From NCBI RefSeq assembly GCF_009914755.1, contig NC_060927.1: a stretch of 64,000 nt of DNA; one strand, 5' to 3'. Under the pieces are notes generated by a model, which worked only from the letters and a program-made list of their open reading frames with translations, did no database searches and was not told the DNA's origin. This DNA comes from the human T2T-CHM13v2.0 reference genome, Homo sapiens. A program made the translations under genes and the position numbers. Below are positions 21,538-34,690 of the stretch, one piece after another; position 1 is the stretch's first letter, and each line of letters begins with the position of its first letter.

Positions 21538-21998
21538 CTTATTTTATCATCAATAATCAACTTATTTATGTATTTTCTTGTTTCTTTTACTATATTTTTA
21601 CATTATTATATTATTAGTTCCATGGTGATTACAATTTATATCTAATTTTAAATACTCTATTTTGGATTAACACCAACTTAATAGTATATGAAATCTGTAT
21701 AGGTCCACGCCAACTCTACTCCTTTGTGATACTGTTGTACACAAATTACATCTTTATACGTTATATGGCCATCAACACAGATTTATAGTTACTGCTTTTG
21801 CAGTTGTTGTTAAAATCAGATAGGATTTTTAAAAAGAGTAACAAATAAAAAATAAATTTCTATGTCTTTTATATTTACCTTTTCCAGTTCTCCTTATTTT
21901 TTCATATAGATTCAAATTATTCTTTAAGGGCAGAACATGCAGGTTTGTTACATAGGTATACATTGCCATGGTGGTTTGCTGCACCTATCAACCCATCA
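21538..21998 (-). mobile_element. TSD-flanked composite insertion: short L1PA 3' UTR piece (~21917-22000) plus ~380 bp of old L1M-like sequence (probable 3' transduction)
   Basis: Direct repeat tcagatgggtaattt at 21523-21537 and 21999-22013. gcagaacatgcaggtttgttacataggtatac..gccatggtggtttgctgcacc is an L1PA 3' UTR. Confidence 0.7.
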
Positions 21999-22070
21999 TC
22001 AGATGGGTAATTTTTTCAGTTGCTTTCTCTGGTTCTTCAGGGCATTTATTATTTTCTTTTATTTAGAAAA

Positions 22071-23438
22071 TAGTATAAAAGTAGGCATATAGACCATGGG
22101 ACAGAATAGAGAACCCAGAAATAAAACCAAATACATATCGCCAACTGATCTTTGACAAAGCATACAAAAATATAAATTGGGGAATAGACACTCTATTTAA
22201 TAAAGGTGCTGGGAAAACTGGCAAGCCACATATAGAAGAATGAAACTGGATGCATGTCTTTTACCTGATGCAAAAATCAACTCAAGATGGATCAAAGACT
22301 TAAATCTAATACCTGAAACCATAAAAATTCTGGAACACAACATTGGAAAAACTCTTCTAGACATCAGCCTAGGCAAAGAATTCATGAGTAAGACCCCAAA
22401 AGCAAATGTAACAAAAACAAAAATAAACAAATGGGACCTAATTATACTAGAAAGCTTCTACACAGCAAAATAAATAATAATCATAGTAAACAGAAAACCC
22501 ACAGTATGGGAGAAAATTTTGCAGACTATGCACCTGACAAAGGAATAGTGTCCAGAATCCACGAGGAACTTAAAGAAATCAGCAAGAAAAAAAAACAAAT
22601 CATCCCATCAAAGAGTGGGGAAAGGACATGAAGAGACATTTATCAAAATAAGATAAACAAATGATCAAGAAACGTATGAAAAAATGCTCAACATCACTAA
22701 TCAGGGAAATGCAAATTAAAACCTCCTCTTACTCCTGCAAGAATGGTCATTTTAAAAAAGTCAAAAAACAATAGATGTTGGCATGGATGTGGGGAAAAGG
22801 GGATGCTTATACATTGCTGGTGTGGTGGGAATGTCAATTAGTACAACCTCCATGAAAAACAGTATAGAGAATCCTTAAAGAACTAAAAATAGATCTGCCA
22901 TTCAATCTAGCAACCCCATTACTGGGTATCTCCCTAAAGGAAAATAAGTCATTATACAAAACAGACACCTGCACGTGTGTGTTTATAGTAGCACAATTTA
23001 CAATTTTAAAGATGTGAAACCAACCTAAGTGCCCATTGTCTAATAAGTGGATAAATACAATTGTGTATAAATACACCATGGAATACTACTCAGCCACAAA
23101 AAGAAATGAAATAATGTCTTTTGCAGCAACTTGGATGGAGGTGGAGGTCATTATTCTAAGTGAAGTAACTCAGGAGTGGAAAACCAAAAATCTGTATGTT
23201 CTCCCTCACAAGTAGGAGCTAAGCTTTGAGTACCCAAAGGCACATAGAGTGATATAATAGAATTTAGAGACATAGAAGTGGGAGGGTGGGAGGAAGGCTA
23301 GACTACATATTAGGCACAATATGCACTACTCAGGTGATGGGTGCACTAAAATTTCAGAATTCACCACTATAAAATTCATTCACGCAACAAAAAAACACTT
23401 GTAACTCTGAAAACTATTGAAATAAAACTTAAAATAAA
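22071..23438 (+). mobile_element. L1PB-type 5'-truncated element (ORF2 3' part + 3' UTR)
   Basis: ORF2 peptide [16 protein letters not shown] (22240-22473) and 3' end ggtgatgggtgcactaaaa..aaactattgaaataaaa. Confidence 0.9.
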
Positions 23439-23440
23439 CA

Positions 23441-24060
23441 TTTTACTGTGTATATTTGAAGTTTATAATGAAGACATAAAAACGGATCAATAGATATATA
23501 AAAAGACGCTCAACATCAGTAATCATCAGGGAGATGCAAATTAAAGCTACTGAGATAGCATCACGCAGCTTTTAGGTTGGCTATTATCAGAAAGACAAGA
23601 GACAACAAATGTTGATGAAGATTTGAAGAAAAGGGAAACCTAGTACACTGTTTGTAAGAATGTAGGTTTGTGTAGCCCTTATGGAAACCTGTACGAAGTT
23701 TCCTAAATAAATTAAAAATAGGCTGGTTGTGGTGCCTTATGCCTATAATCCCGCAATTTGGGAGGCCGAGGCAGGCGGATCATTTGAGGCCAGGAGTTCA
23801 AGACCAGCATGGCTAAAATGGTGAAACCCTATCTCTACTAAAAGTACAAAAATTAGCCTAGTGTGGTGGTGCTCGTCTGTAGTCCCAGCTACTCAAGATG
23901 CTGAGGTGCGAGAATTGCTTGAACCACGGAGGTGGGAGTTACAGTGAGCTGAGATCGCACCACTGCACTCCAGCCTGGGAGACAGAGCTAGACTCTGTCT
24001 CAAAAAAAAAAAAAACAAAACAAAAAAAAAAACAAACAAAACTAACATATGACCTAGGAT
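23441..24060 (+). mobile_element. L1MA-like ORF2 3' fragment, interrupted by an Alu
   Basis: gctcaacatcagtaatcatcagggagatgcaaattaaa..aaattaaaaata|Alu|actaacatatgacc. Confidence 0.65.
23721..24040 (+). mobile_element. Alu (older S/J type)
   Basis: ggctggttgtggtg..gaggccaggagttcaagaccagc..actctgtctc plus an A/AAAC tail. Confidence 0.92.
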
Positions 24061-24649
24061 ATATATTCTTGATCAATCACTGGTAATGTGTGGTAGGCTC
24101 ACAGGAGTAAATAGGTTTATATAGTTAGAAAGACTGTAAAATAAAAGACCTTGGACACACTCAGGAACCCAGCAGAGATGGGGATCATTGCTTTCCAGAA
24201 GGATGAGTCATCTAATGTGTGAGAAAAAAAAGCTAGGGCTACACAGGCATGTAAAACTTCTCTATACAAGTGAGTCCATGCTAAAGGAAAAGGCTAATTA
24301 ATTGTAGGTTTCTTTCAGTTAGTTTATTCCAGCTGATTAATCTATCCTTAGTTACATAGCAGTTTAACAGACTTATTAAATACCATTCACAGTAACAAGA
24401 GTTCTAAGAAAGGTGTATATATTACACAAACACAGGGAGAATTAATCACACTTGCATTAACTGTAAAACATGAAATAAAATAGATACCACCTTGATTGAC
24501 AAAAAGAGGTGGGAGGATGACATTTCAGAGAGAAGGGCTCTATGATCATTGACATATGTAGAAAAACATATTCAAAATATGCATTAGGGGCTGGAGTAAA
24601 AAGTGTATAAACAAAAATAATACATGACATTTATAAAGAGCACGTTATA

Positions 24650-25190
24650 ATCCTCAGATACTATATTTTATATATATTATCCTATTTAGCCTTTAGAGAA
24701 ACGTAAGTGGGTAGGTAATATTATAACTGTACTTTACAGAGGAGATAACTAAGATTAATAAAATTTATATAATTCACTCAGGTTTTCAACAAAGCTCTAA
24801 AAGAATTGTACACCTATGTTGAGGAATTTGAACTGCATTCAGTACTACCCAGGGAGCAATTAAAAGTTTCAAGTAGAACAATAATATGATCAGAGTGTGC
24901 CATGGGAAAATAAATAAGGCAGAGAAAAATGTGGTAGATTGAATGGGTTACATTGGACTTGAAAAGGCAAGTCAAGTGGTTTTTTCAGTAAGTCAGTAGG
25001 AGAGGTGATAAAGGTCTCTGCCAAAGTAATGACAATCAGGAGAAAAATGAGAATATGGGTATTAGAGTAATTACAAATGTAGTAACTATGGGATTAATAA
25101 CAGGATGATGGGTCAAGGGAGGGAATGAATCTAGGCTTTTGAACCCCTGAATGTCTTAGTTGATAGTAATGTCTTTAACAGATAGGGAAA
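24650..25190 (-). mobile_element. MIR and L2 fragments
   Basis: actttacagaggagataactaag is a MIR core. aatatgatcaga..ggagaggtgataaagg is L2-like. Confidence 0.45.
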
Positions 25191-25458
25191 CATCTGTTAT
25201 ATTTAATCTAAAATTTGCATGTCAAAAACACATAAATATTGCCTGAATTTGCTGTATATGAGAGTAGGATGAACATCCTAGCAAAGCAAGGGTACTATTA
25301 ATGTTCACCCTCATCTTCACCTCACCATTAGAGAATATTTATGGACCTGCAACATGGCACAGCAGCTATTTTCTGCAGGTCAGTAGGGGACTGAGATGCA
25401 AGAAACACTGCTTGTTTTACTATTTTTATCATTTTCAATTTGTATAAATTTAGGTGAG

Positions 25459-25969
25459 TGTGGCCAATTATTTGCAAAAGTGACTACATTTATATAATTT
25501 CCAATATGCATAATCCTTTGAAATGTGACTAAAGTTCCTCTTATAAAGAGGTAGAATGTATCTCTCTATCTCTTGAGTTTGGGCTGGCTGTGATTTGCTT
25601 TGACCAATAGAATGTGGGGGAAATAACTTTGTACCAATTTTGATACTAGGCTTTACTCTCTCTCAAAATTCTCCATCAGCCATGTGAAAAAAGCCTGGGC
25701 CACCTGCTGCACAATGAGAGATGTGTTGACCAGGTGTACCTGGTGCCCATCCAACCATGCAGCACGTGCATGAAGCTGTCTTAGACCAGGTAGGCTCAAT
25801 CAATCTGTCAGCAGACAGCATACAATTGGTGGTTCCAGTCACGATCATCCAAGCCTGCCTAGATAACCAGAATTGCCCAGCTGACACATAGAATTGTGAG
25901 CAATATAATTACTGTTTTAGGTAACTCAGTTTGGGGATGGTTGTTACACAGCAATAGATAACTAATACA
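25459..25969 (+). mobile_element. MLT1G/H-like solo LTR
   Basis: tgtggc..tgaaatgtgact..gatttgctttgaccaatagaatgtgg..ttgttacacagcaatagataactaataca. Confidence 0.8.
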
Positions 25970-26049
25970 CTATGATACATATTAATAGTGTAGAAAAATT
26001 TTGAAATTGCTTAAAAGAGAAAAGATAATTAAAATCATACATGTTCCCA

Positions 26050-28361
26050 TTATATGGTTTGGCTGTGTCCCCACCCAAATCTTACCTTGAATTGTAATAA
26101 TCCCCACACGTCAAGGGTAGGGCCAGGTAGAGACAAATGAATTATGGGGGCTTGGCTGTTTCCCCCACACTGTTCCCATGGTAGTGAATAAGTCTCAGGA
26201 GATCTCATGGTTTTATAAATGGGAGTTCCCCTGCACAAGCTCTCTTGCCTGCTGCCATGTAAGATGTGCTGTTACTCCTCCTTCACCTTTGAAGTGCCAT
26301 GATTGTGAGGCCTCCCCCACTATGTGGAACTGTGAGTCCATTAAACCTCTTTTTCTTTATAAATTACCTAGTCTTCCGTATGTCTTTATTAGCAGCATGA
26401 GAGCAGACTAATACCGTAAGTTAGTACCAGGTAGTGGGGCACTGCTGCAAAGATACCTGAAAATGTGGAAGCAACTTTGGAACTGGGTAACAGGCAGACA
26501 TTGGGACAGTTTGGAGGGCTCAGAACAAGACAGGAAAATGTGAGAAAGTTTGAAACTTCATAGAGACTTGGAGGGCTCAGAAGGCAGGAAGATGTGGGAA
26601 AGTTTGGAACTTCCTAGAGACTTGTTGAATGCCCTCAAATGCTGATAGTGATATGGACAATAAAATCCAGGCTGACGTGATCTCTGATGGACATAAGGAA
26701 CTTGTTGGGAACTGGAGTAAAAGTCACTCTTGCTATGCAAAGAGACTGGTGGCATTTTGCCCCTGTCCTAGAGATCTGTGGAACTTGGAACTTGAGAGAG
26801 ATGATTTAGGGTACCTGGCGGAAGAAATTTCTAAGTGGCAAAGCATTCAAGAGGTGACAGAACATAAAATATTGGAAAATTTGCAGCCTGATGATGCAGT
26901 AGAAAAGAAAAATCCATTCTTTGAGGAGAAATTCAAGCGGGCTGCAGAAATTTGAACAAGTAATGAGGAACCAAATGCTAATCATCAAGACAATGGAGAA
27001 AATGTCTCCAGGGCATGTCAGAGACCTTTATGGCAGCCCCTCCCATCACAGGTCTGGAGGTGTAGGAGGGAAAAACAGTTTCACGGCTGGGCCCATGGCT
27101 CCTCTGCTCTATGCAGCCTCAGGACATGGTGCCCTGCATCCCAGCTGTTTCAGCTCTAGCAGTGGCTTAAAAGGGCCAAGGTACAGCTCAGGCCATTGCT
27201 TAAGAGGATGCAAGTTCCAAACCTTGGTGGCTTTCACATGGTGTTGGGCCTATGGGTGCATAGAAGTTAAGAACTGAGGTTTGGGACCCCCTGACTAGAT
27301 TTCAGAGAATGTATGGAAATGCCTGGATGTCCAGGGAGAAGTTTGCTGCAGGGGCAGGGCCTTCATGGAGAACCTTTGCTAGGGCAGTGTAGAAGGGAAA
27401 TGTGGGGTTGGACTCTTCACACACAGCCCCCACTGGGGCACTGCCTGGTGGAGCTCTGAGAAGAAGGCCACAATCCTGCACATCCCAGAATGGTAGACTC
27501 ACTGACGGCTTGCAACGTGTGCCTGGAAAAGCCACAGACACTTAACACTAGCCCATGAAAATAGCCAGGAGGGGAGCTGTATCCTGCAAAGCCACAAGGG
27601 CAGAGCTTTCTGAGGCTTGGGGCCCCACCTCTTGTATCAACATGACCTGCATGTGAGACATGGAGTCAAAGGAGATCATTTTGGATCTTTAAGGTTTAAT
27701 GGCTTTCTACTGGATTTTAGACTTGTATGAGGCCTGTAGCCCCTCTGTTTTGGCCAATTTTTCCCATTTGGAATGGGTGTATTTACCCAATGCCTGTGCC
27801 TCCATTGTATCTGGGAAGTAAGTAACTTGCTTTTGATTATTCAGGCTTATAGGTGGAAGGGACCTGGTTTGTCTCAAGTGAGACTTTGGACTGTGGACTT
27901 TTGAGTTCATGCTGAAATGAGTTAAGACTTTGGGGGACTGTTGGAAAGGCATGATTGGTTTTGAAATGTGAGGACATGAGATTTGGGAGGGGCCAGGAGC
28001 AAAACAACATGATTTGGCTGTTTCCCCACCCAAATCTCACCTTGAATTATAATAATCCCCACACGTCCAGGGTGGGGCCAGGTAGAGATAATTGAATCAA
28101 AGGGGATGTTTCCTCCATAATGTTCTTGTGGTAGTGAGTAAGTCTCAGGAGATCTGATGGGTTTATAGATGGGAGTTCTCCTGCACAAGCTCTCTTGCCT
28201 GCCACCATGTAATATGTGCCTTTACTCCCCCTTCACCTTCCATCATGATTATGAGGCCTCCCCAGCCATGTGGAACTGTGAGTCCATTAAACCTCTTTTT
28301 CTTTATAAATTACCCAGTCTTGGGTATGTCTTTATTAGCAGTGTGAGAACAGACTAATACA
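26050..28361 (+). mobile_element. Complete THE1 (THE1C-like) MaLR provirus: LTR 26050-26415, internal 26416-28004, LTR 28005-28361
   Basis: Both LTRs read tttggctgt..ccccacccaaatct..gactaatac. The internal MaLR ORF remnant (26629-26955) contains AFCPCPRDLWN..YLAEEISK. The 5-bp TSD is tccca/ttcca. Confidence 0.95.
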
Positions 28362-28739
28362 TTCCACTTAGTTCAACTCTGTTTTGGTATGATTAAATCT
28401 TTTCACAATTATATACTCACAATAAAAATGTGATAAGACTTTCTATCCTTTTTTTGAAACCTTATTTTTTCACTTAACAATATGCATTAACAGCATGTGT
28501 CTTTCTGTGAGAATGAATACGCTTATACACGTAGTTTAGCACTTACATATAAGTCCACCCATGATCTGTGAATAGACATCTGGAATTATTTATTTGTGTT
28601 ATTCTACACTGAGTGTAATTTTTCTGCCAAGCATCTTCTTTGACAGAAAAGGAAGACGAGATAATATATATATTATCTCCGGTTTCATCTGGAGTAGGTC
28701 TTGTAGAATTTTTTTTAATGAAAGGAAAATATAACCTAA

Positions 28740-29048
<309 letters not shown>

Positions 29049-30015
29049 CCTAAGTTATAATAAAGACACCAACTTTGGTGAAGCGTGATCCAGTGAAGGT
29101 CATTGACTATAATAGCTAGAACATCCAAAGGAAGGAAGGAGCTGACTAATCATTATTTTTCATTTGTCACATCAATGGCAGTGTTTTCTTTTTTAATAGT
29201 GAAGGAATGATAGTTTTAAAATACTACAATTTGCCCCTTTGGGAAAGTGGTGAAGGCAGAGTCTCAAAGTTGACATATGACATTAGAAAGAGATTCAGTT
29301 TATTTGATCTTTTCTAAAGGATGGGTTTGACATGAATAGTCAAGGGGAAATTACTTTTTCAATAACTGTTTATTAGACACTCTCATGTTTATGGTCTTTC
29401 AAGGTGCTAAAAGGAATACAAGTAGGTGGATTGCATGATAAATGAATTGGTTTCATACTATGTGCCTCAAATAACATGTTTTACATTGTAACTCTCTGAA
29501 GTCTCCCCAAATCTCTATGCCAAAGGTCTGACTTTCATGACTTCCATAGGAGAAGCTGATGGTCTAGCTATTATTTCTACACAGCTGTTGTTCTGATGGG
29601 AATAAAATACCCAAGGAGAAAATTCAGCCAACAAATAAGCCTTTACTGGGCATACATTTTTAGTGATATATTAGGAAGAATAGAGATTCATGAAGCAAAA
29701 AGAACATAGGGTCTTTAAAGATTTCCTGTAGATGTGAGAGCATGTTAAAATAGTGAGTGGCCCATTGGTATGCCTGAATGGTTGGCATTTGCCTGAGACA
29801 TTCATATTTTCTGCCTGACAGCAGAGGGGGCAGGGCCTGTTGTAGCCAGTGTTCCTGACTGTTTTATCTTCAGTTCTGTCTGGGAATAACTTTACACATT
29901 TATGCCAGGGTGTAAGTAAGATGTCCTAGTGGGTATGATATGAGGAAATTTGGAAATAATTATTTTGAACTTTGAATTCTATGTTGGAAAAAGAAATAAG
30001 TATTGAGAGTCTTGA

Positions 30016-30073
30016 TAAATGTATATAAGTATGTATAAAATGTATATAAGTATGTATAAAAGTATGAAGTATG
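30016..30073. repeat. Short tandem repeat, ~21-bp unit (aaatgtatataagtatgtata) x ~2.5
   Basis: Seen directly in the sequence. Confidence 0.8.
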
Positions 30074-30129
30074 GGTCTAAATCACAAGAATGAATTCAAC
30101 CCTGACAATGGAAGGAAAAACAGGAGAAA

Positions 30130-31900
30130 AAGTGACCCATAAAAGTTATTATGAGCAAATCCAAAACAAAATAAAATGTCTAAAATAGATTCAAGTTAAT
30201 TAGTTATTATAGATGTAAATGGGACTAACTCACTAATCAAAAGATAAATATAAAATGATCCAATAAAATCAGATCCACAGACATATATTTAAAATGATAG
30301 TACAGAAAAGTTAAAATAAGAAAAAGTTGTGTCAGAAAAATATAACTACAAATTTTGGCTGAGCAGTTTTAATATGAAACTAAATAGATTTTAATGGCAA
30401 CATTTTTAAGGGACAAAAAAGAATACTCTTGAATGTTAAAGAAAACAAGTCAGTGCTATATGCTGGTTTTTTAAAAATATCATAAGATGTACACATCTCT
30501 GAAGAGACTGAGCAAACAAAAAAGATGAGAGAATGAAAATGGTAAAATGCAAGTATTTGAAAAATAGTAAAATATCACTATCAATACCTATATGCTAATG
30601 TTTTAAAATCTAAATGAAAAATATAAAATGTTCTGATAATAGATAATTTCAATAGAAAATTAAATATTAAAAATTACAATCTTTTCCTCACATACACTTA
30701 CAAAGTCCCCATATGTCACAGATATGACAAAAATTTTTTCTATCAAATATTCAAGGAGTAATGAAACATGAAGAGGGAACTCATTATTTCAACATTAAAG
30801 GCATTCTATAGGCCAAAATACTTAAAATGGATGGTATTAGTATAGTAACAAAAAATAGACCAATGGAAAAAAATAGAGAACCCCTAAAATATGCATACGG
30901 TGAAATGGATATATGAGAGAGTTCACTGCACAAACTGTGGCTAAACAATAGATTTAATAGAGATATTAAGAAAACTGAGTAAATATACTAATAAAAGTAT
31001 GCTCTCATTCCGACCTCACACAATAAAAACACAGGGCTAAAACGACAGAGTTAATAGAATAAAAATGTTAGGAATTATCTGTAGGACCTTAGAGTGGAGA
31101 ATGAGTTCTTAAAGAAATCCAACACAGAAAACATACAGGAACAATTGATTAATACATAGAATATTCAGGGAAATATTAAAAATTGTGACGAGAAAAGGGG
31201 AATACACACAGACTGACATCCTCACCTTAATCCCCTCACCTCAACAACCCCATCCACAGATGGTACTAGACAATTTAGAGAGGTGGAACTCTAAATGGCA
31301 AGTAAAGGCTTTCTCTCTTTCAATATTAATCAAAAGAATAGTAATGAAACAATTAAACATCAGATTATAAATATTAAACTTCAATTATTGCAAATATTTA
31401 TAAGATAGTGGGAAATAGGAACTTTTGGTTGACTTCTGATGTTAGTCCCTTAGTGACGTTGCAAGTACTTAGTAACATTAAGTACTTATTTGACCTGTCA
31501 CCTGAGATTTCACTCCACACAAAATCAAACATGTTGATTTTGTCCCCTTTAGGGACAGGCATAAAGATTTTCCTCATTACATTATTTGTAATATATATTA
31601 AAAATAATATACATTGCTTTGTATATTGGTGGGCAGGGAGGTGGAATCTGCCTAGGGCAATGGAAATATAAATTATGATAGATGAATTTATGGAATACTC
31701 TGCAATAGTCAAAAGCAAATTATAGGTATACATAATAATAAGAATGAATTCTAAAAGCATATTTTTGAGTAAAAAGTATGAATATGAACAAGATTTATAG
31801 TGCAAAAACATATACATGAAATTACAATACACACACTCATATTTAAAACAGCACGGTATGGTTTTCAAAGACACATGCATAAGCAAACATTTATACCAAA
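30130..31900 (+). mobile_element. Ancient L1M (L1ME-like) fragments
   Basis: A-rich sense strand with atgtaaatgggactaactcactaatcaaaaga (EN start), aaatagaccaatggaa..atagagaaccc and tggaatactctgca. Confidence 0.6.
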
Positions 31901-33809
31901 TACCTATGACATAAATTAAAAAAAATTAGAGGAGCCTCAGAATGGGGAAGAAAATGCAATAAAGCAAGAAAGGAAATGTGGCAAAACAAGAAATATCTTC
32001 TCAGATGAAAGAATACCTGAGATATGTACAGGGAAGTTCATTGATATCACATCTACCTTGAGTCTTATCCATCCCAGATCAAATTAAGTTTGCCTTGGCT
32101 TTCACCTGCTAAAACTGGCAGGGAATCTAATTTCAGTCATTTTTAAAGCTGTCATTCTTGTTACTGTGGATTTACCAGAACCCCATATGCTTCTGTGACC
32201 CAACAAAGTTTCTGGACTTTACCTTGACATGGTCACTGATCCTCTAGCTTCCCACCCCTCTGTCAAGAGCTAGACTTTAATTTTTCTTGTTACTACTGCT
32301 CTTCTAGATAAATAGGCAGAGACATCTGCTTTCAGTAGTTCTCCCTATTACTGTCAGTAGTTCTTAAAGTAGTCATTACCAACACCTGCTTCTCCATAAG
32401 GTTAGGCTCTTTCATATAGTTGGGTACTTCTCTATTTTCAATCTCCCAACCAACATTTATTAATTCTTCTTCCAGGGTGGACCAGGACAAATACAGATGA
32501 AACTAAATCTTGGAATTATTAAGAATCTGAACGACGTAAAAGAAAACCCCAATTCACCTTTGAGAAAGGAAAGAGTGGGGTGGAATAAGAGGAAGAATAT
32601 CATCATTTTATATGGAAATACCTTATAGCTAACAGAACCCGGCACAAATTAATGTCTTCACGTATCAGCCAAGCACAGATGTGAACCTGGCTTCTTTGCT
32701 TCAGTACTTCCAATACTGTTTATTATGTTAAAGAAGATGTGTAAATTTGCAAGGGATTCTATAGACAAAATTTAACAAATGTATTTGTCCTCAAATTTTT
32801 TTTTCTTGGAGTATATTATAAAATACTATTTTGAGAATTCCAGTATAAGACATTCTAAAACTATGGAATTGCTTTTCCTCAGAAATTGTCATTGTACCAC
32901 TAACCTCAACTCAGAAACTGAGCCACACATAAATTATTTGATCACCCAGGATTTTATACAAGCCTTGAAAACAGTCGTTGTCTGTAGTGTCTTTCTTGTA
33001 TTGTATACTTTCAATGAGGAAACAATTATATTTTCTAGTTTTTTTCCAGATACAGTTGAAGAGACTGATGTTGCCACTTGGCTAATTAGAAATCAATAAT
33101 ATTTGATTGTATACAATTCACTGGTAATTTGCTCAATTAGCTCTTACAGAAGCATGTTATTCACTCTGATTCCCTCTGTAGGATGTAGAGTCATTTTGTG
33201 TTAAGTACAATTCAGGGATAGAAGCTGAGGTTTTCTTATCAGTAAAAGTGTTTTTTCTTCTTATTCCAGCTCTTTACAGTAATATTAAGAGAGAGGGTCC
33301 CAATAATTGTCAATAATAAATTAGTATTAAAAAACTTTTACCTTATATTTATAATTTTCTTGATAAAGACACAGGCTTTTAATTGTCAGTTTATTCACGT
33401 CTACATCAAATATGACCCAACTGAGCAACACATTTGAAGAGAAGCAAGATCAAGTTGAAAGCAAATCCTTTTAAATTTGACTTGTTAGATGATAATAATT
33501 TATATTTAAATAGCATATAATTTTTCCAAAACAGTTTTTGTGGAATTCTAGACTGTGGAATTCTAGCTCATCTAAAGATGAGCTTACTTACAAGGAGAAA
33601 AAATTCTTCCTGAATGCTTTTCATGGAATAATGAAAAGTTAAAAGAAGCTAAGGACCTACTTTCCCCTATTCAGCTTGTGTTTTTGCTCAGAGACCAAAA
33701 ACTAACAGCATCATCTGTATTACAAATTGAGTGTGGGGAAGGTGATAAAACAACAACTATATACATTTATTTAAAAAATCCGTGATTGTCCAAAACCTAA
33801 GCAATCATG

Positions 33810-34690
33810 GTGTAATGAAAAATCATACACTTTTATATTCAGAAAGAGGCATTTACAAAATTGAGCACAGCAGTATGATTTTAACAGCTAAAACTTAGAA
33901 ACTACCCAAATTCCTATTAGTGGTGTAATAGATAAATAAATTGTGGTATATCTATGCATTGGAATATTACAGAACAATGAAAATGAATGAACTACAAATA
34001 CATGTAAAAATATGGACAAATTTCATAGGCTATAATAAATTAACTCACACACAAATATACAGTTGGCCTTTCCTATCCAAGGTTTTCACATCTGTGGATT
34101 AAACAACTGCAGATCAAAAATATTTAAAAAATAAGAATGGTTGCATCTGTACTGAACATGTACATACTTGTTTTTCTTGTCATTATTTATTAAAAAATAC
34201 AGCATAACAACTATTTACATAGTATTTACATTGCATTACACATTATAAGTAATCTAGAGATAAAGTATATGGAAGATTGTATATAGCTTATATGCAAATA
34301 CAATGCAATTTTACATAAGATACTTGAGCATCTGTAGATTTTCGTATCTGCAGGGGTTCCTGAAACCGATTTCTCACAAATAGCAATGGACGGCTGTATT
34401 TCATACATGAGGTTATATGCGTGCATATGTGTATTCTTGTAGTACAATTTATATCGGCAGGCACAAAGAAATTATGTTTGAAGTCAATATATAAAACTAC
34501 TTTGGGGAAAAGAGAAGGGAAATGATGATGTGGAGATGACACAGGTAGGAGGCATCGTCTGGAGTACTGGCTATATTCCCTTTTATCACCTAGGTTGTGG
34601 TTACAAAGGGTATTCACATTGTGGATAATCCATTCTGCTGAACAGTTATTTTGTGTACCTTCCCTATGAACATCATATATATATATTTTT
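33810..34690 (+). mobile_element. L1ME-like 3' region interrupted by MER2
   Basis: gataaataaattgtggtatatc..ggaatattac..aatgaaaatgaatgaactaca. It resumes after MER2. Confidence 0.65.
34060..34396 (+). mobile_element. MER2 (TcMar-Tigger MITE)
   Basis: TA|cagttggcc...ggacggctg|TA termini. Internal tgcatctgtactgaacatgtac and tataagtaatctagaga. Confidence 0.88.

Noticed and set aside
28257-28269. PRDM9 hotspot motif in the THE1 LTR
   Set aside because: It reads CCTCCCCAGCCAT, mismatching CCNCCNTNNCCNC at positions 7 and 13. The 5' LTR copy is more degenerate still.
31398-31886. 162-aa minus-strand ORF, the longest ORF outside the L1PA
   Set aside because: It is antisense to A-rich old L1 sequence, has a biased I/Y/L/F composition and shows no recognisable domain.
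33539-33566. Small tandem duplications (tgtggaattctag x2; similar ones at ~20341, ~38320 and ~60836)
   Set aside because: These are ordinary slippage duplications with only two units and no spacer structure.
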